From: Paramecium tetraurelia
Lineage: Eukaryota
Assembly: GCA_000165425.1 (NCBI GenBank)
Contig: CT868640.1
Coordinates: 253,142 to 317,141, forward strand
DNA length: 64,000 nucleotides
Reading direction: 5' to 3'
In this document: piece by piece, positions 28,089 through 41,814 of the stretch
How positions within the stretch are numbered: position 1 is the first letter of the stretch
Layout of the letters: every line of letters starts with the position of its first letter
The notes under the pieces: generated by a model
The model's database searches: none
The model's input: only the letters and a program-made list of their open reading frames with translations
What the model was told of the DNA's origin: nothing
Program-made: the position numbers and the translations under genes

Positions 28089-28728
28089 TTATAGACAGAT
28101 AATTAAATTATTTATGAATAATTTTATTTATTTTCCTTATATACACTCTCAAACGAGCAAATAATTATTCTTCAAAGAAAATTAAAAAATTATTTAATGG
28201 ATGCTACCTCAACTTTAATAGCATAAAGATCGATATCTAACATCAATTTAGTCATATAGTGAATTTTAAAATTACAGCAACCTAATTGGTTAAAATATTA
28301 TAAATTATATCTTATTAACAATATTCCTTATATTATGCTTTGTATACTACATCCTAATTAAAATCTCATATAAATCTATATAATGAAATCATATATAATT
28401 CTTAAACCATCTAATTCTTCTAAATAAAAATTTAGATATTTTCAAGTTGAAGTATTTCATTGGGTCATTTGATTATTATTTAATTTATCCATATGGTTGA
28501 GAACAATATTGAAAAGTTTATGAACAAATCAAAAGTAAATAAATGTATAACAGCTATATTATTTATGAACTAAGTCATCATAAATAATTAGATTCAGATT
28601 TCAAAGATAATTTTATAAGTTTTAAATGATGAATTAATCTATTGCCTTCTGTAAATGCTCAATTAAGGCGTTGATGTATAAATTTATTTGACTAAAAATA
28701 TAACTTAAATACTAAAATAAAAAATTAA

Positions 28729-31700
28729 TCAAAATAATTTTTTTTTTTTTCTCGTTTATATTTCTCTAACTTATATTGTCACTTATTTTTGAATTTGATC
28801 ACCATTTACTATTGAATGTAAAATGTTGGCTAACTTATCAGCTAGTTCACAGACTTCTGATTTAGAAGGATTAAAAACGTAAGCATTGCTTCGAATTCTT
28901 TCAACATCATTTAGGATCTAATCTTTACTCCTATAAAAATCATTCTCCAATCTTAATATCAAATGATATAATTACCTTCTTTAAATGAGCGTAATGTAAC
29001 TCATTAATGGAACAAAATCTAAGTATTCCGGGTACTGTTGGACATCTACTTCATTGGAAAAGAAAAAGGAAATCTTAGTTTACTTCTTGATCATAGCATT
29101 AATGTCTTTATTAATTTGTTGAGCCTCATTAGTGGTTAGAGCAGATTATAAGGAAGCTCCTTGAATTTCGATAGGTTTATTAGATTTATTGATCATTGAG
29201 GCTATTTCCCAGAAATTTAAATGACAATACGCAATCATACTTTTTTGATTTCTTAGTTGGTAAGTGTCATCACTAATCCTCTTGCATTTTAAGACTTACC
29301 AATCGCTGGCATTTAAATAAACATCTGGAGTTTCTTAAGCAATAAATTGGTATTGATGGCCAAACCCATTGTCTTTATCGGTATCAGTTTGGAAGCTTAA
29401 TTATTGTTGATTCAAATAAGGACGAATTTATCTTACACTAGAAGCATAAGATTCCTCCAGAATAAGATATGGATCGCAATCATATGAGTAAAAGCATTTG
29501 AAAATAAGATCCTTTGTTTGTAGTTCAAAAACTTGAATTATATAAGTGTTTTAATTAACTTATCTTTTAAAGACTGTGTTGATGACAGGGAAAATGTAAT
29601 TTATGTTGAGGACTTTGCAATATACGAAATTGGCTGACTCTTAGTCTGTTAGAACATCTCCAGGGAAGACTATAGTTTTTTTGGATGCAGAATCAACTAA
29701 CAATTCAGACAAATCTAAATTTTGTAGACATTTTTAGAGATATTGTTCATATCCTTTAGTAAAGAATATTACATCATCTCCAATCTAAGGGGAATTAGTA
29801 TCATCAGTTAAATACTTATCTCTCAAGTGATCACCTTGTCTAGTTTAAGCTTATTTTTTTCGTTGGAATTAAGCCATGCAATTAATACAAATTCTTTTTT
29901 GAGTTCCAAAATCAAGTTCACTTAAGAATAGACGTATTTCACTGCACTCCTAATGAAATGCTGATTTACATTCAGGACAGCGAACAACATTATCCATTAA
30001 AATTCGACATCTAGTACATTACTCTGTCACTTATGATCTATTGCGTCTTAAATCATTTTGTTGTCTATGACTGTTCAAGATCACTAGTCTACTTTATTGA
30101 TTTCTTTGATTTCTTCTTGATCTTGTCTATAAAGGAGACTATTCAATCTGAGCATCTTCCTTCATATTCTAATTGCTTTATTTACTTATTTTTTCTTCGC
30201 TTTCACTTTCGCTTTCAATTACTTTTTTTCTTCTTTGACTTTATTTTTTAGATTCGTTATTATTATTAATCAATTGCTGAGCCACCTATTAAGATATTTA
30301 TGGACTACTATCTTCATCATCTTTGATTAAAGCCCTCTTAATTAATTCTCCTGACTTTTACTCAGTTTTTTTAATTAGTTTGACATTATGATTAGATGGT
30401 GATCTTTCTGGAATGGGTTGATTAGCTACATCAATTATTTCACCTTCTAATTTTTAAATTCTGACTTAATCCTAAATTTTCATTAATTCTTTGATATCAT
30501 GAATAATTTTAATTTCCATTTACTTCATCTCTGCAAAGTAGCCTTAAAACATCTCTTCATTTTTCATGTTATCTATGGTAATCCCTTTGGACATTTGTAT
30601 AAAAGTGTATAACTTTGGTTTCTACAGATTGACACTCTTTTTGCCTTGATAATCTTGAGATATCAAATAAGGAAAGAGAGTCTTAAAATTATTCTAGAAA
30701 TGATAATGATATGGCATTCTATAGAAATTACAAATGCTTCCCCTATCCACATAACAGAATTCCATATCAGAATCTAATGCCATAACTCTAAATCCATCTG
30801 ATTCATCTATTATTGGATGCTCAGAATCTGATACGTAAAACTATTCAACAGGAGTTTAATCAAAGACCTCTTGTGCTCCATAGCCATAGATAGAGAATGA
30901 CCCATAATCTGTAGACACTACAAAAGTCATCCCATTTGGACTGAAACATCCATCTTTCAAAGGAACCTCTAAGTTTGGTAATTTCAAATGATATCCTCTT
31001 TCATGAAACACTTTTAGAGGTGTTCCTTTTTGGACATTCCATAAAATGATTAATCCATTTTCATCTGCTGATAATGCCACTTCCTCAAAAATAGGATGAG
31101 CTTCCAAAAATACAACATGAGAATCCAATTTCAATTATGGTAATCTCTCTTAATCCATACAATGAATGACTTAATTCTCATGTGTTGAATAGACTTGAAT
31201 TTAAGTCTTTGATTTTTCCTCATCTCCTTTCTTCTTCAATTTCTTACTAAATGAAGCCAAAGCATAAGTGCTTTTAGCAGACCAAGCAATAGCAAAACAT
31301 TAGATTTCACCTACTCTTCTCCCCTCTGTAGATTTATACTTCAATAACACTTATGATCTGTTGTGTTGATTGGCTGCAATTCCTCCTTCTTACCATTTCC
31401 ATAATCGAGCACTTCCATCAAACGATGCAGTCAACAATTGATCACCATCTTTAGACCAACGAGCCAAATGAACAGTGCCAGAATGTTCTCTCCATTCAAC
31501 TTTATTGATTACTTTTGACAGATTTTCAGGTTTATCAAAGATAATTATTTCGCCTTAATCAGTTCCCATTGCTAAATATCCCTGCTTATTAAATTCCATA
31601 CACAATATCCCATTTACTTTGCCTTTATTTGATTTATTGTAATTCACATTCAATCTGATGATATCTGCTTCATGTTTAATGGCAGATTACTTAATTTTTG

Positions 31701-32703
31701 TATTGAACTATGTGCCCAATATGCTCCCATTGCATTTTATCAAATCCTATACATCATAGATGTAAACATAACCCTTCTCACTTGCAACAGTCAAATAGTT
31801 TACATTTTCCGAATTACTTTGATAAAACACCAAAACTAATATTGGATCATCTTACGCTTCCTATTTGAATACAGTATATATGTACTTTCAATGCTGCAAC
31901 AGGCTTACCAATCTAAATATCCCAAACTATCACCAGACCATCATTACTACAAGATGCCAAATATTTGTTACAATAACTAATATCCATTGAATTTATTGCC
32001 ATTGTGTGACCTTTTAATGATTGCAATAACAACCCATTGGATGCTGACCATATCTTTATCAATCCTAAATCGTCTCCAGTCAACAATAACTAACCAGTTC
32101 TAAATAGTCTACATATCATGTTTTACCTGTCATATATTACATTGTACACTGGTATGTATGGATCTTCCTGATCTTAATTGTCTGGATGAAGGGCATGGCC
32201 GAAACAAGTCTTTAATTTTCTCATGTACTCAACTGGTGATATATACTCTTGGCGCACACTTCGACCACCATTTAATTATTAAAGTGATTATGATTTGTTC
32301 TTTATGTGTTCAAATCTTGATTGCCTTTTGGGCTCAGGTGTCTCGCGAGCTATATATTATTGAAGCATCTTTTGGATAACACGTTCATTAGAGGGACTCA
32401 ATTTTGTAGAGATTAAATTTTTAAGATTCAAATCTAGACAGATGCATCATAAATTAAAGTACCATTAGCCTGTAGAATATGCCCACGCTTATGGCCATTC
32501 TTTTGATTGAAGAAATTCTCCAATCCCTCTAGAAGATGTTTTTCACATTGAAGCTCGTGCAAGTGATTCAGGATCATTTAGGCACAGATTCTCTGCTGCT
32601 GACTCTCTAAAATGGTTGACTTTTGCAGCTTCTTTGTGTAGTATGATATCAATCGTGCTTCTATCAACTTTTTTCCTTGGTTCTCTTCAAAGCTGTTTTA
32701 CAT
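28729..32703 (-). CDS. PHIP/BRWD-like WD40 + PHD + Tudor-like + bromodomain protein
   Basis: VYNVIYDRTGQLLLTGDDLGLIKIWSASNGLLLQSLKGH (BRWD-type WD40), HVVFLEAHP, SPQIGDDVIFFTKGYEQY, C4HC3 PHD finger, C-terminal bromodomain (YPEY...RLENDFYRS...SNAYVFNP). Start approximate. Confidence 0.88.
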
Positions 32704-32899
32704 TCCTAAAATGCATAATTCTTACAAAAACTAATACCTTATTCTAGTATAAAAAATTAGAGGCTTTAAATATGATATTTTAATCAATTATTTAATCATC
32801 GATGTAGGGGGTTTAAATACAAATAGGAATGGTTCCTAACTAGATTGGAAATCACTAACATAATAGCATCAAAAACAAAAAAAACACAAATCAGAAAAA

Positions 32900-34700
32900 T
32901 AGAACATTTCTATGCCGCCTTAATTAGATAATTTTTTATAATGTATTAACTTTATAAATTATAATTAATTTACCAATAACACTCTATTTCTCTCCTCTAA
33001 ACCCTTTGATTTCAATGAGTTCACCCTTAATTCCTTATTATCTACCACAAACGCTTATTTTACACCAAATTAAAAGTTGATCATTACCTTTATATTTTCT
33101 TGTTATTTCGCTTTAAAATCTCTCAATATGCTTATAAATATCATAATTTTCATGTGACAACAAACTCCTACATTATCTGTCCAATTAAGAAAATCTTTGA
33201 TCTAAATCTCCAGTGAATCTAAGACTAATAAGTATTTGAACTTTGGCATCCTTTTATTCTCACTAAAAAGTGTTTCTTATGGGCTTTAGAGATGAGAATA
33301 ATATATTTTTGTTAGAACTAAAACTTATTCTCTTTATGATATTAAGGAATTAATTTAATTTATAAGAAGTTTGATAAAATAGTTTGGAATTGTTTTTTCA
33401 TTATCTAAAATATCAAGATAATCAATAATGAGATGACACGTAACGCTTAACAGCATCATCATTTTGAGGTTATGTATATATTATTAAATAAATATTCTCT
33501 ATTTAACCAAATATGAAATGAAATAACATCATCAATTCAATTATGATACAACAACGACAAGAAGCAATTGCAATATAGCTTATCTGTCAAAAATGTGAAA
33601 CTTAATTTATATAAGATCTTATATAAAATATATGAAAAATTTGACGAAATTATTGAAATAATGAATATCAACATTATCCTTGAAACTGTCTTTTTTAATT
33701 GTGAAAATAAACAGTTATATATTAAATAATAATGTAATTCAGCTATTATGATATAATTTATTTATTGATTTAGTATGTAGTATTAGTTTGATTTTCAAAC
33801 TAAAATAATTAATATATTTTGAAAACAGCTTCATAGTTCTTCACTTAAGCCATATTAGTTTCATATCTAAATATATCTTTTTATAAGGTAGTTATTTTTC
33901 ATTATTAAAATAAATACTAGAAATGTAATATATTCTAATCTCCTTAACAACCTTTAGATCTTCTTCTTGATGTTGCTCAAAGAAATCATGAATAATCTAA
34001 TTTTTTTTGTCATTTCTTCTGGTAAAGTTGTCAATAAATAATAGATAAAATGCTCAAGAGAATTTCCTTGGCCTTTTAGTAAGAAATGATTTGATTAAAC
34101 TTTTCTTATTCTTATTAATTCACTTATAAAAATAAATAAATAGAATCAAAATTACATATTATTCAGTAAAATTCAAGGCTTAGCTTTGCTTCTAATCTTA
34201 ATATCACTTCTCCAGTTTTGAACTTTTGTATATTCTGCAATCAAAGTTTTATAACCGATCCATATAAAGAAAAACTCTTTGAAATTTTGATCACTTTCCA
34301 TCTAAAACTAAAATATTTAACATAAGAATAAGCTTGAGTATTTCAAATGCAACCAAAAAAGAACAAATACAGTAGTACTTTTTCTGGCTATTTAAATTCG
34401 GATCTTTACTAAAAACTGAATTTGTAACTCTTATTAGTGTTTCTATATTAAAGTCACATTCTCTATTAACCTTAATATTAACACTATGATTAAATTATCG
34501 AATAAATGATTATTGATTTTCTCAAACCAAAGTTTATGAAGTGTTTCTGAGATGGAAAAATAAGCTCTATATGTATTTTCAATCCTCTCCATTATCCCTT
34601 ATTCTTTTATATTTCTATTAAAGATAGAGAGGTATTAGGTTGCTTTTAATATAAGTATTAAGCAATTAATTTGATATTTATTTAATTAATTCTTTTATTG
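32900..34700 (-). pseudogene. Degenerate coding-like remnants (one or two decayed genes)
   Basis: Protein-like stretches on the minus strand (e.g. MESDQNFKEFFFIWIGYKTLIAEY, LTTLPEEMTKKNQIIHDFFEQHQEEDLKVV) that I could not join into one frame. Confidence 0.3.
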
Positions 34701-35359
34701 CAAAATATTCAATATAATCGCAATATTAGCCATTAATATAATGACATTAATAAGGTTCAAATAGAATATAATTTTGATGTATTATTTTACTTAATGAGAA
34801 ATTTAACAAAAACCTTTTAAATTCTAAGGGATAATATCATAAGGTTATTAGTTTCAATTTTATCAATCAAAATTTTGTGTTAAAATATATTTTGAGGCTT
34901 ACAATTCTCAAAAATAATATATTTCGAAACTTACTTTTTTTCTAATTCTCTTCAATCTTTAACTTTCATTAAAAATACGTAAAATTAAATATTTTTATAT
35001 AGGAAGATTTAAATGATTACTAAATTTACTCTAAATTAAACGGATCAAATTTGTGTTAAATTTCTTAAAATTGCTAAGTCCTCTTAATAAAAAGCGAAAT
35101 GTTAAACTAATTGATAAAATTATCTGATTGATTTATTTTAATTTAATTTAAACGAAATCTATATAATAATGATATCATGGTATTTATAATTTAATAAATT
35201 ATGCTTAAATAAATTAAAACTAAAAAGGGGCTTATGTAAAATAATTAATTTGGATTGACTTGTCGAAAGTATCCAACTGACTAAATTACAGTTTATAGAT
35301 TTATTTGAATATTGCTCAAATAGTTTAAAATAAATTGATAAATATCAATAATTTTTATT

Positions 35360-37410
35360 ATGTTAAATAAAAACGGAACATACTCAAAGTCAAAATTTAG
35401 TTCAGCAAAGAGTATCCAAAGTATAGATAACAGAGTGAGATACTCTTAAGCTCCTGAGGAATTGGGAAAAAGAGCCAAATTACCACTTGATATTACAGTG
35501 TTTGTAATGGCAGTAGAGGTTGAGAGATTACAAAGGGAAAATGCGTAATTGAAATCAGAGCTACAACTAAATAGTGACTCTAATTTGGATAGAGTTTAAT
35601 ATGAGAGTTAGATAAGGGATTTGATGGAAAAAATTAGAGTGTAAAACAAGTAATCATTTATAGTGATTTTCATCATTAGTTCATAGAGTAATCTATTGGT
35701 CGACATTGAAAAGTTACAACGGAAAGTATAGGATTAGGAAGATCAACTTAGAAGATAATAGTAATCATAAAAAGAATGTGATCCAAATTTGAGAACTAAA
35801 TTGACTTAAGCAGAACTCCAATTAGCAGCATTTTAGAAGTAGCTTAACTAATAAGTGAATCTATTTGGTGGGCAAAGTGCAGATTAAATAATGAGAGAGT
35901 TAGAAGAATTGAGGAGAAAGAAATCGTAATTCGAGGATTTTTCAAGATAAATCAATGGAAGGAATGTCAGTAATAAAAGTAAATTAAAATAGATGAATTG
36001 CTGAGAGAATTAGATGATTTAAGGAGGAAATAGACATCCTTTGAAGATACCAGTGTATTAAGATAATAATTACTTTAATCTCAAAATCGTGTTAAGTAAT
36101 TGGAGTAAAAACTATCAGAGATGGATTAGTATATAACATAAATAGAATCTGATTTGAATAGATTCGAATTTGAGAATCAGAGATTAACAATAAGTATGTC
36201 TTCAAAGATTTAGAGTGAGAATAATGAAGCCACCTTATTAAGGAATGAAATTGTTAAACTAAATAATGAAATAACTAAATTATGGTCAGACAATGAGACT
36301 CTAGTCCTTGAAATTGATTAATTATAAACGAAACTCAGATCCTTTAGTGAAGATGAAGTGAGGAGATTGAGAAATGAAATGTCCCGATTATAAGAGTAGA
36401 ATAATCACTTACAATCTTAAAACCAATCATTGATGTCAGAAATATCTCGACTTAATATGACAATGGAACAAAGTCAGTATGCAATTAGTGATGCAAATAA
36501 ATAGAAATATATCTTTGAAGAATATAAGGAAAAGATAAGACAATTTGAATTGAAATTTTAAGAATTGCAAATGCAAAATGAGAGATTAAGATAATAAGAT
36601 CATAAAGTGGCTGTTTTAACAACTGAAATTGAAAGATTAAATAATTTAATAAAATAATTAAATACAGATGCAGATGATTGGAAATAAAAGTATTAAAGAA
36701 TAGAATTGGCATTGATGGATTATAGGCAAATAGAAAAAACCAACAGAGATGCTGTTACTAAAAATGAACTACTTCTAGATGAAATTGAAAGATTAAAGAA
36801 AATATTAGAATAAAAGCAATATGACATGGATCAAATAATCAAACGAAATGATCTCATTCAATCTCAAATAAGTACTTATCAAGTTAATGCCAGTGCAAGT
36901 GTCAGCAGAATCTAAGAGTATGAATCGACACAAAGAGAAACTTCTACAATTCTATAAGATAATGAAAGATTAAATAGATAACTCTAACAATATTAATAAT
37001 AGATTTCTACTCTCCAAATTCAAGTCTAGGAATAGACTACTAAGAATCAATAATTAATTACTTAATAGTAATAGAGCTACTTGATAAATAACAATAGTGC
37101 AGAAATTGATAAATTGAAAAGATAGATTCATGAATATGAAAATAAGATTGCCATGTTATCTCTTGAGCTTTCAAGAATTAGAAACACTAAATAGAATTCA
37201 AATTCATTTGATAAATCTGATAAGGTTATGGAACTCTTATCCATAATTGTCATAATGTCTGCTGAATTGGATAATCTCAGAGGAATTACTTACGAAAAAA
37301 GCACGGTGTAATCACAGAGATTGCAAGACAATACTTCACAATCTGTCCGCTCTCAATCAATCAATAATTAATAGGCTAATTATTCATACAGTAATTGGAA
37401 ACAGAAATGA
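35360..37410 (+). CDS. Coiled-coil protein with ENKIAMLSxEIERL-type repeats
   Basis: Code-6 ORF with short introns; repeats FVMAVEVERL, KVAVLTTEIERLNN, ENKIAMLSLELSRI, IVIMSAELDNL. Confidence 0.82.
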
Positions 37411-37859
37411 GTGATATATATATATATAATTAATTTATTTTAGTCAGCGCTGTGGAGTGAAGAATCGTTAATCATTTCTCTAACTCCTTTTCATCATATA
37501 TTAGGTGAAGGTAAGGATCACCTACTGATGATTAAGATTATCATTAATAATAAACCACTATATAAATTGATATTAAAACCATGATTTTATGGGTTTAATA
37601 ACAACATCTTAATTTCATTAATTATATTATGGACTATTTGAGCGAAGTATTTAAAAACATAGAAGTATATCAGAATGGGCAACTTATCTATTATCAGCAT
37701 AAACAACCAGAGAAGGAAGAAAATTAGATGATGGATGACCTGATTGCTAAATTTGATTTCAGTTTGCATTAATCTAACTCAAAAAATCAAATCATTGATC
37801 AATTTTCATAAATGAACTTCCAAGACAACTGAAATTTAGATTTAATTAATAATTATAAA

Positions 37860-40678
37860 TCAATGTTCATTTTCAAGCTAAAAAAAAACTTCTGCTATAA
37901 CTTCCAATTTAATTGGTTTTGGTATAAAAGCATCAAATCCAAGCTTTTCACATTTTTCCTACTCAACCTCGTCATCAAAGCCAGATAAGGCAACCAATTT
38001 TACATCATCGATCTCTCTATTATTGATCTAATAATAATTTGCATTTATTTACCATTGTTCTAATGTTTTATGCTGCTTACCATCCATTTAAAATGGGCAT
38101 ATATAAATCCATAAACACGTATTTGATATTCAAGTTCTTTTGGTTTTATAAGAGCTAACTTATAATAATAAAATTACTTTGTTTATAGCTTGTTATCCAT
38201 TATAGGCTTCAATAATTACCAAATCGGATATCAGATCTTAAAGTAAAGTCTTAAACGCTATCAAGTTGAAAATTTGATCATCCACTAATAGAATTCCGAA
38301 CTTTTTATTTTACAACACTTATTTTAACCTTTACTTTGGATCTTAGACTTCTTGTGAATCCTCCTTCTATAAAGATTTTTGAAGAAATAACTTTTAGCCC
38401 AAAGATTAAAATTAAATGATATTCCTTCTTTTTGTTTGATCGACATCCTCTGAAGATGGTTCATTTAAGTCAAGTTCAGTTTTCTCCTAAGGTTTTGTAT
38501 AAATCCTTAGAAGAGAAGATCTCACAATCACTTAATGTGTATCCTTTCCATTCAAGGAATCGTCATGCTATTAAATGCTAAGATGCTAAGAGGAGTGCTC
38601 CTACTTAAAACAACTGATATAATTAGCAGATTTAATAGAATTATTATCTTGCAATTTTGCATAAATCTAAAACGACATTTTAGTTCCCACGTTCTATTCA
38701 CTCCAAAGATCTATCGATTCAGATGGACCCAATAGACCAACTAAGTTTTTACACACCATCAACCCAATACCAGTTCCACTTTTATTCTCAATCTTTTAAT
38801 TTGAAAAAGTTGCAAACAAATTAAATAGTTGTGGTTTAATATTATCTGGTATTCCGCAACCAGTATCTTCTACAGATATAGAATAAATTAATTTGTTTAC
38901 AGAACTCTATTAATATCTTCCTTGTAAGCTTTTTCTAATTTATTAAATTGTTTAATCTCCCACTTAATACTGTATGTTCCTAGAGGTATTACTTCTTTTA
39001 ATATTTTATGATTTATCAGTATTGAGCGAAGATACAGTGATAGTAATACTGCCTTGTTCTGTAAATTTCAATGAATTTGATAAAAAATTCATTATTATTT
39101 GTTTAATTCTATTAGGATCTGAACGAATTTGATAAGAGGGAATATCATAGTATGTTTTAATTTCAACTCCCTTTTATTCTGCTTGAATTGAACACATCTC
39201 AATAACCTCATCAATTATTTCATTGATATAAAAATCAGTTAAGCATAATCTTAACTTTTTTTTTTGAATTCTTGCATAATCTTAAATATCATATATCATA
39301 TAGAGCATTAAGTATACATTTTTCTTAATGATATTATGATAATATTTTTCTATTTATGTAATTTCACTTTTACAATCAAGGGTCTCCAAAATGGAGACAA
39401 TTCCATTGATTGGAGTTTTAAAATCATGAAACACAGTTGCTAGAATGAGATCTTTATTTTCACTTATTTATAATTATTCATTTAATTGCTATTATAAATT
39501 ATCCAACTATTTATCGATCTCTTTGCTCTAGAGTATTATCATAAAGGCTTATTTTCGAAACCATAAACAATGATTTAAACTAATTTTCAATCTCCTTTTC
39601 TTTAATTAGACTAAACTAATAGTTCTTTAACTTTAACTTTTAATCAATAGTTCTTCTATTATTTTAGATTTTTAATTTTTAGGGGTTTCCTCACTCATAA
39701 TAATGGAGGGTTTAGAATACAATTGATTTTTTGGAGTTTCAATAATAATTTCATGCTGATTTTTATGTTCTCGCTCTTCATTGAATTCATCCTCAGGATA
39801 TTCAAATTATTCTGAGAATTTCTTTAATAAGGGACTCTGAGAAAAATACTGGCAATTGTCCATAATTTCAGAAAATAGATTCTTGAAGTTTTGACGAGCA
39901 CTATATATCTGAGGGAAGAAACTATCAATGATACTTTATAATTTGACTTTGTTTTCAGAGTAAAAACAATGGAGACATCTTATAAATTCATCTGAATGAG
40001 GGATGTCAAATTTAAATTCAGTTTCCAAATTTTTGGTGTGATAGAGAGGCTTATGTGTTTGTTTGTCAATTACCAGTATTGAAGTAGGCAAGGCTTCCTT
40101 AAACAATTCCAAAAGATCATTAGCATCTTCTCGTTCTTAAATCTAAAGCTATGTTTGATTTTACAATAATGATTGGTGCAAAGACAATCCCAATGTATGA
40201 CATTGCATACTAGTACTCATCAAATCTTACTATCAAATATGTAAGGCCGATGAAGAAGATTAGCGATTAGAGTATTTATATTTACAGAATCTAGAGTAAG
40301 GCAAAGAGTTTAAGTAAAATGTAAATGAAAGATCCCTTAGTATAATTTAAGAGTAAATACTTCATGTGCACTTTCTTTCAGCATCTCAATCTCAATTATA
40401 ATCACAATCATTTAAGTTACTGCTAAATAATAATCGTTTGTTTAACTGATGAACTTTTATCTCCATTCCAAAATCAAAAATATTACGGAGAATAGTAAAT
40501 CTAATAACATAAACAATCCAGAATTCAAACTAGTAATTGTTTGTGTTAGACCCAAAATCAAAATAATCAGTGAAGCAATAATATTGCATAAAGTAAATTT
40601 TTGTTATCCTCCTATTTTCATAGTATCGGAATAGAATGATAAAAATAAATAATGATGATTATTACTTTTAAATTTCAT
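37860..40678 (-). CDS. Hybrid sensor histidine kinase (multi-TM - HisKA - HATPase - receiver)
   Basis: Hydrophobic N-terminus, H-box LATVFHDFKTPINGI, N-box IMNFLSNSLKFT, VEDTGCGI, GTGIGL, receiver LVDDQIFN...FMDLYMPILNG...PKP. Confidence 0.9.
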
Positions 40679-41814
40679 ATTTTAGGATATAATAAAATCA
40701 AATAAAAATATTAATATTAATTAGAACATACTCTAAATAAAAATTGTTTAACCTTTCAAATTTTGCAGATAAATATTCTTCATCTGTTTCTTGGCTTTAA
40801 AATTGTTTTTATTTTTAGCATAAACTCCCTTTCATCTAATTTAATTTCATTATAAAGATCAACCCAATACTTCTCTATGATAATTACCTTAGCCAAATGT
40901 CCAATCAACTCACCTGACCAATTTTAACAGCATAAATTTAAGGTTTTAGCATAATCAAATTCAAAATAGAAATAGTTACAAAAGTCTGGTTCATCCCCAA
41001 ATATTTTACTTATCGCTCTTCTAATAATCAAAATATATTTGAAGCAGCAAATATACTACATCTTATGATAAGGATTAAACTATATATCAACGATAAAAAA
41101 TAATTTTGCTTTTCAAGAATACCTTTCTTAACTTTGCAAATAAGTTATTCAAGTTTCTAGATACATTCAAATCTAATTGTTACTCAACTTTATATTCATA
41201 TTAGATATACGGTAAAATTCAGACTAATAATAAAGAGAGGTCATTTCATTTCTAAATTTGGGCTTTATTTATCAATTGATATTATATATATTATAATCGC
41301 TAAATTCTTTGTGAATTTGCTATTTCGATAATTTCTCAAAAAAATTGATACGATAGAAATTATTTGAGTTTGCTTTTCAAATGCTGTTTTCCTAAATTGA
41401 TAAATTATTTCTTTATCCACATTTACATAGTGTGAATATCATTCTTTCTACTAAATCATAAAAATGCAAACTTGATATAATTCATTAAAAATTCAAGAAG
41501 ATCCCTATAAATCATATTGCAACTAATATCTACGAAATGATAGTCTAAAATTTGGAAGTAAAGTTTTATGAATCACTTTTTCATGATAGCAGCTACAAAC
41601 TTAAACTAGGAGACTCGCTTATGAAAGCGAGTGAGTCCCAATGAATTATCATTTAGTAAACCAAATTTTTTATTACTATAAATTATATAAATTAATGTGA
41701 ATTTAGAACTGAAAATCGAAAGAGAGTTTAATATTCATTGTTATTTGCAAAAATGAAAAAAGAAGTTGATGAAACCTGTCTTTTCAATACCTTCATTAAA
41801 GTTTTGTTAATGAT

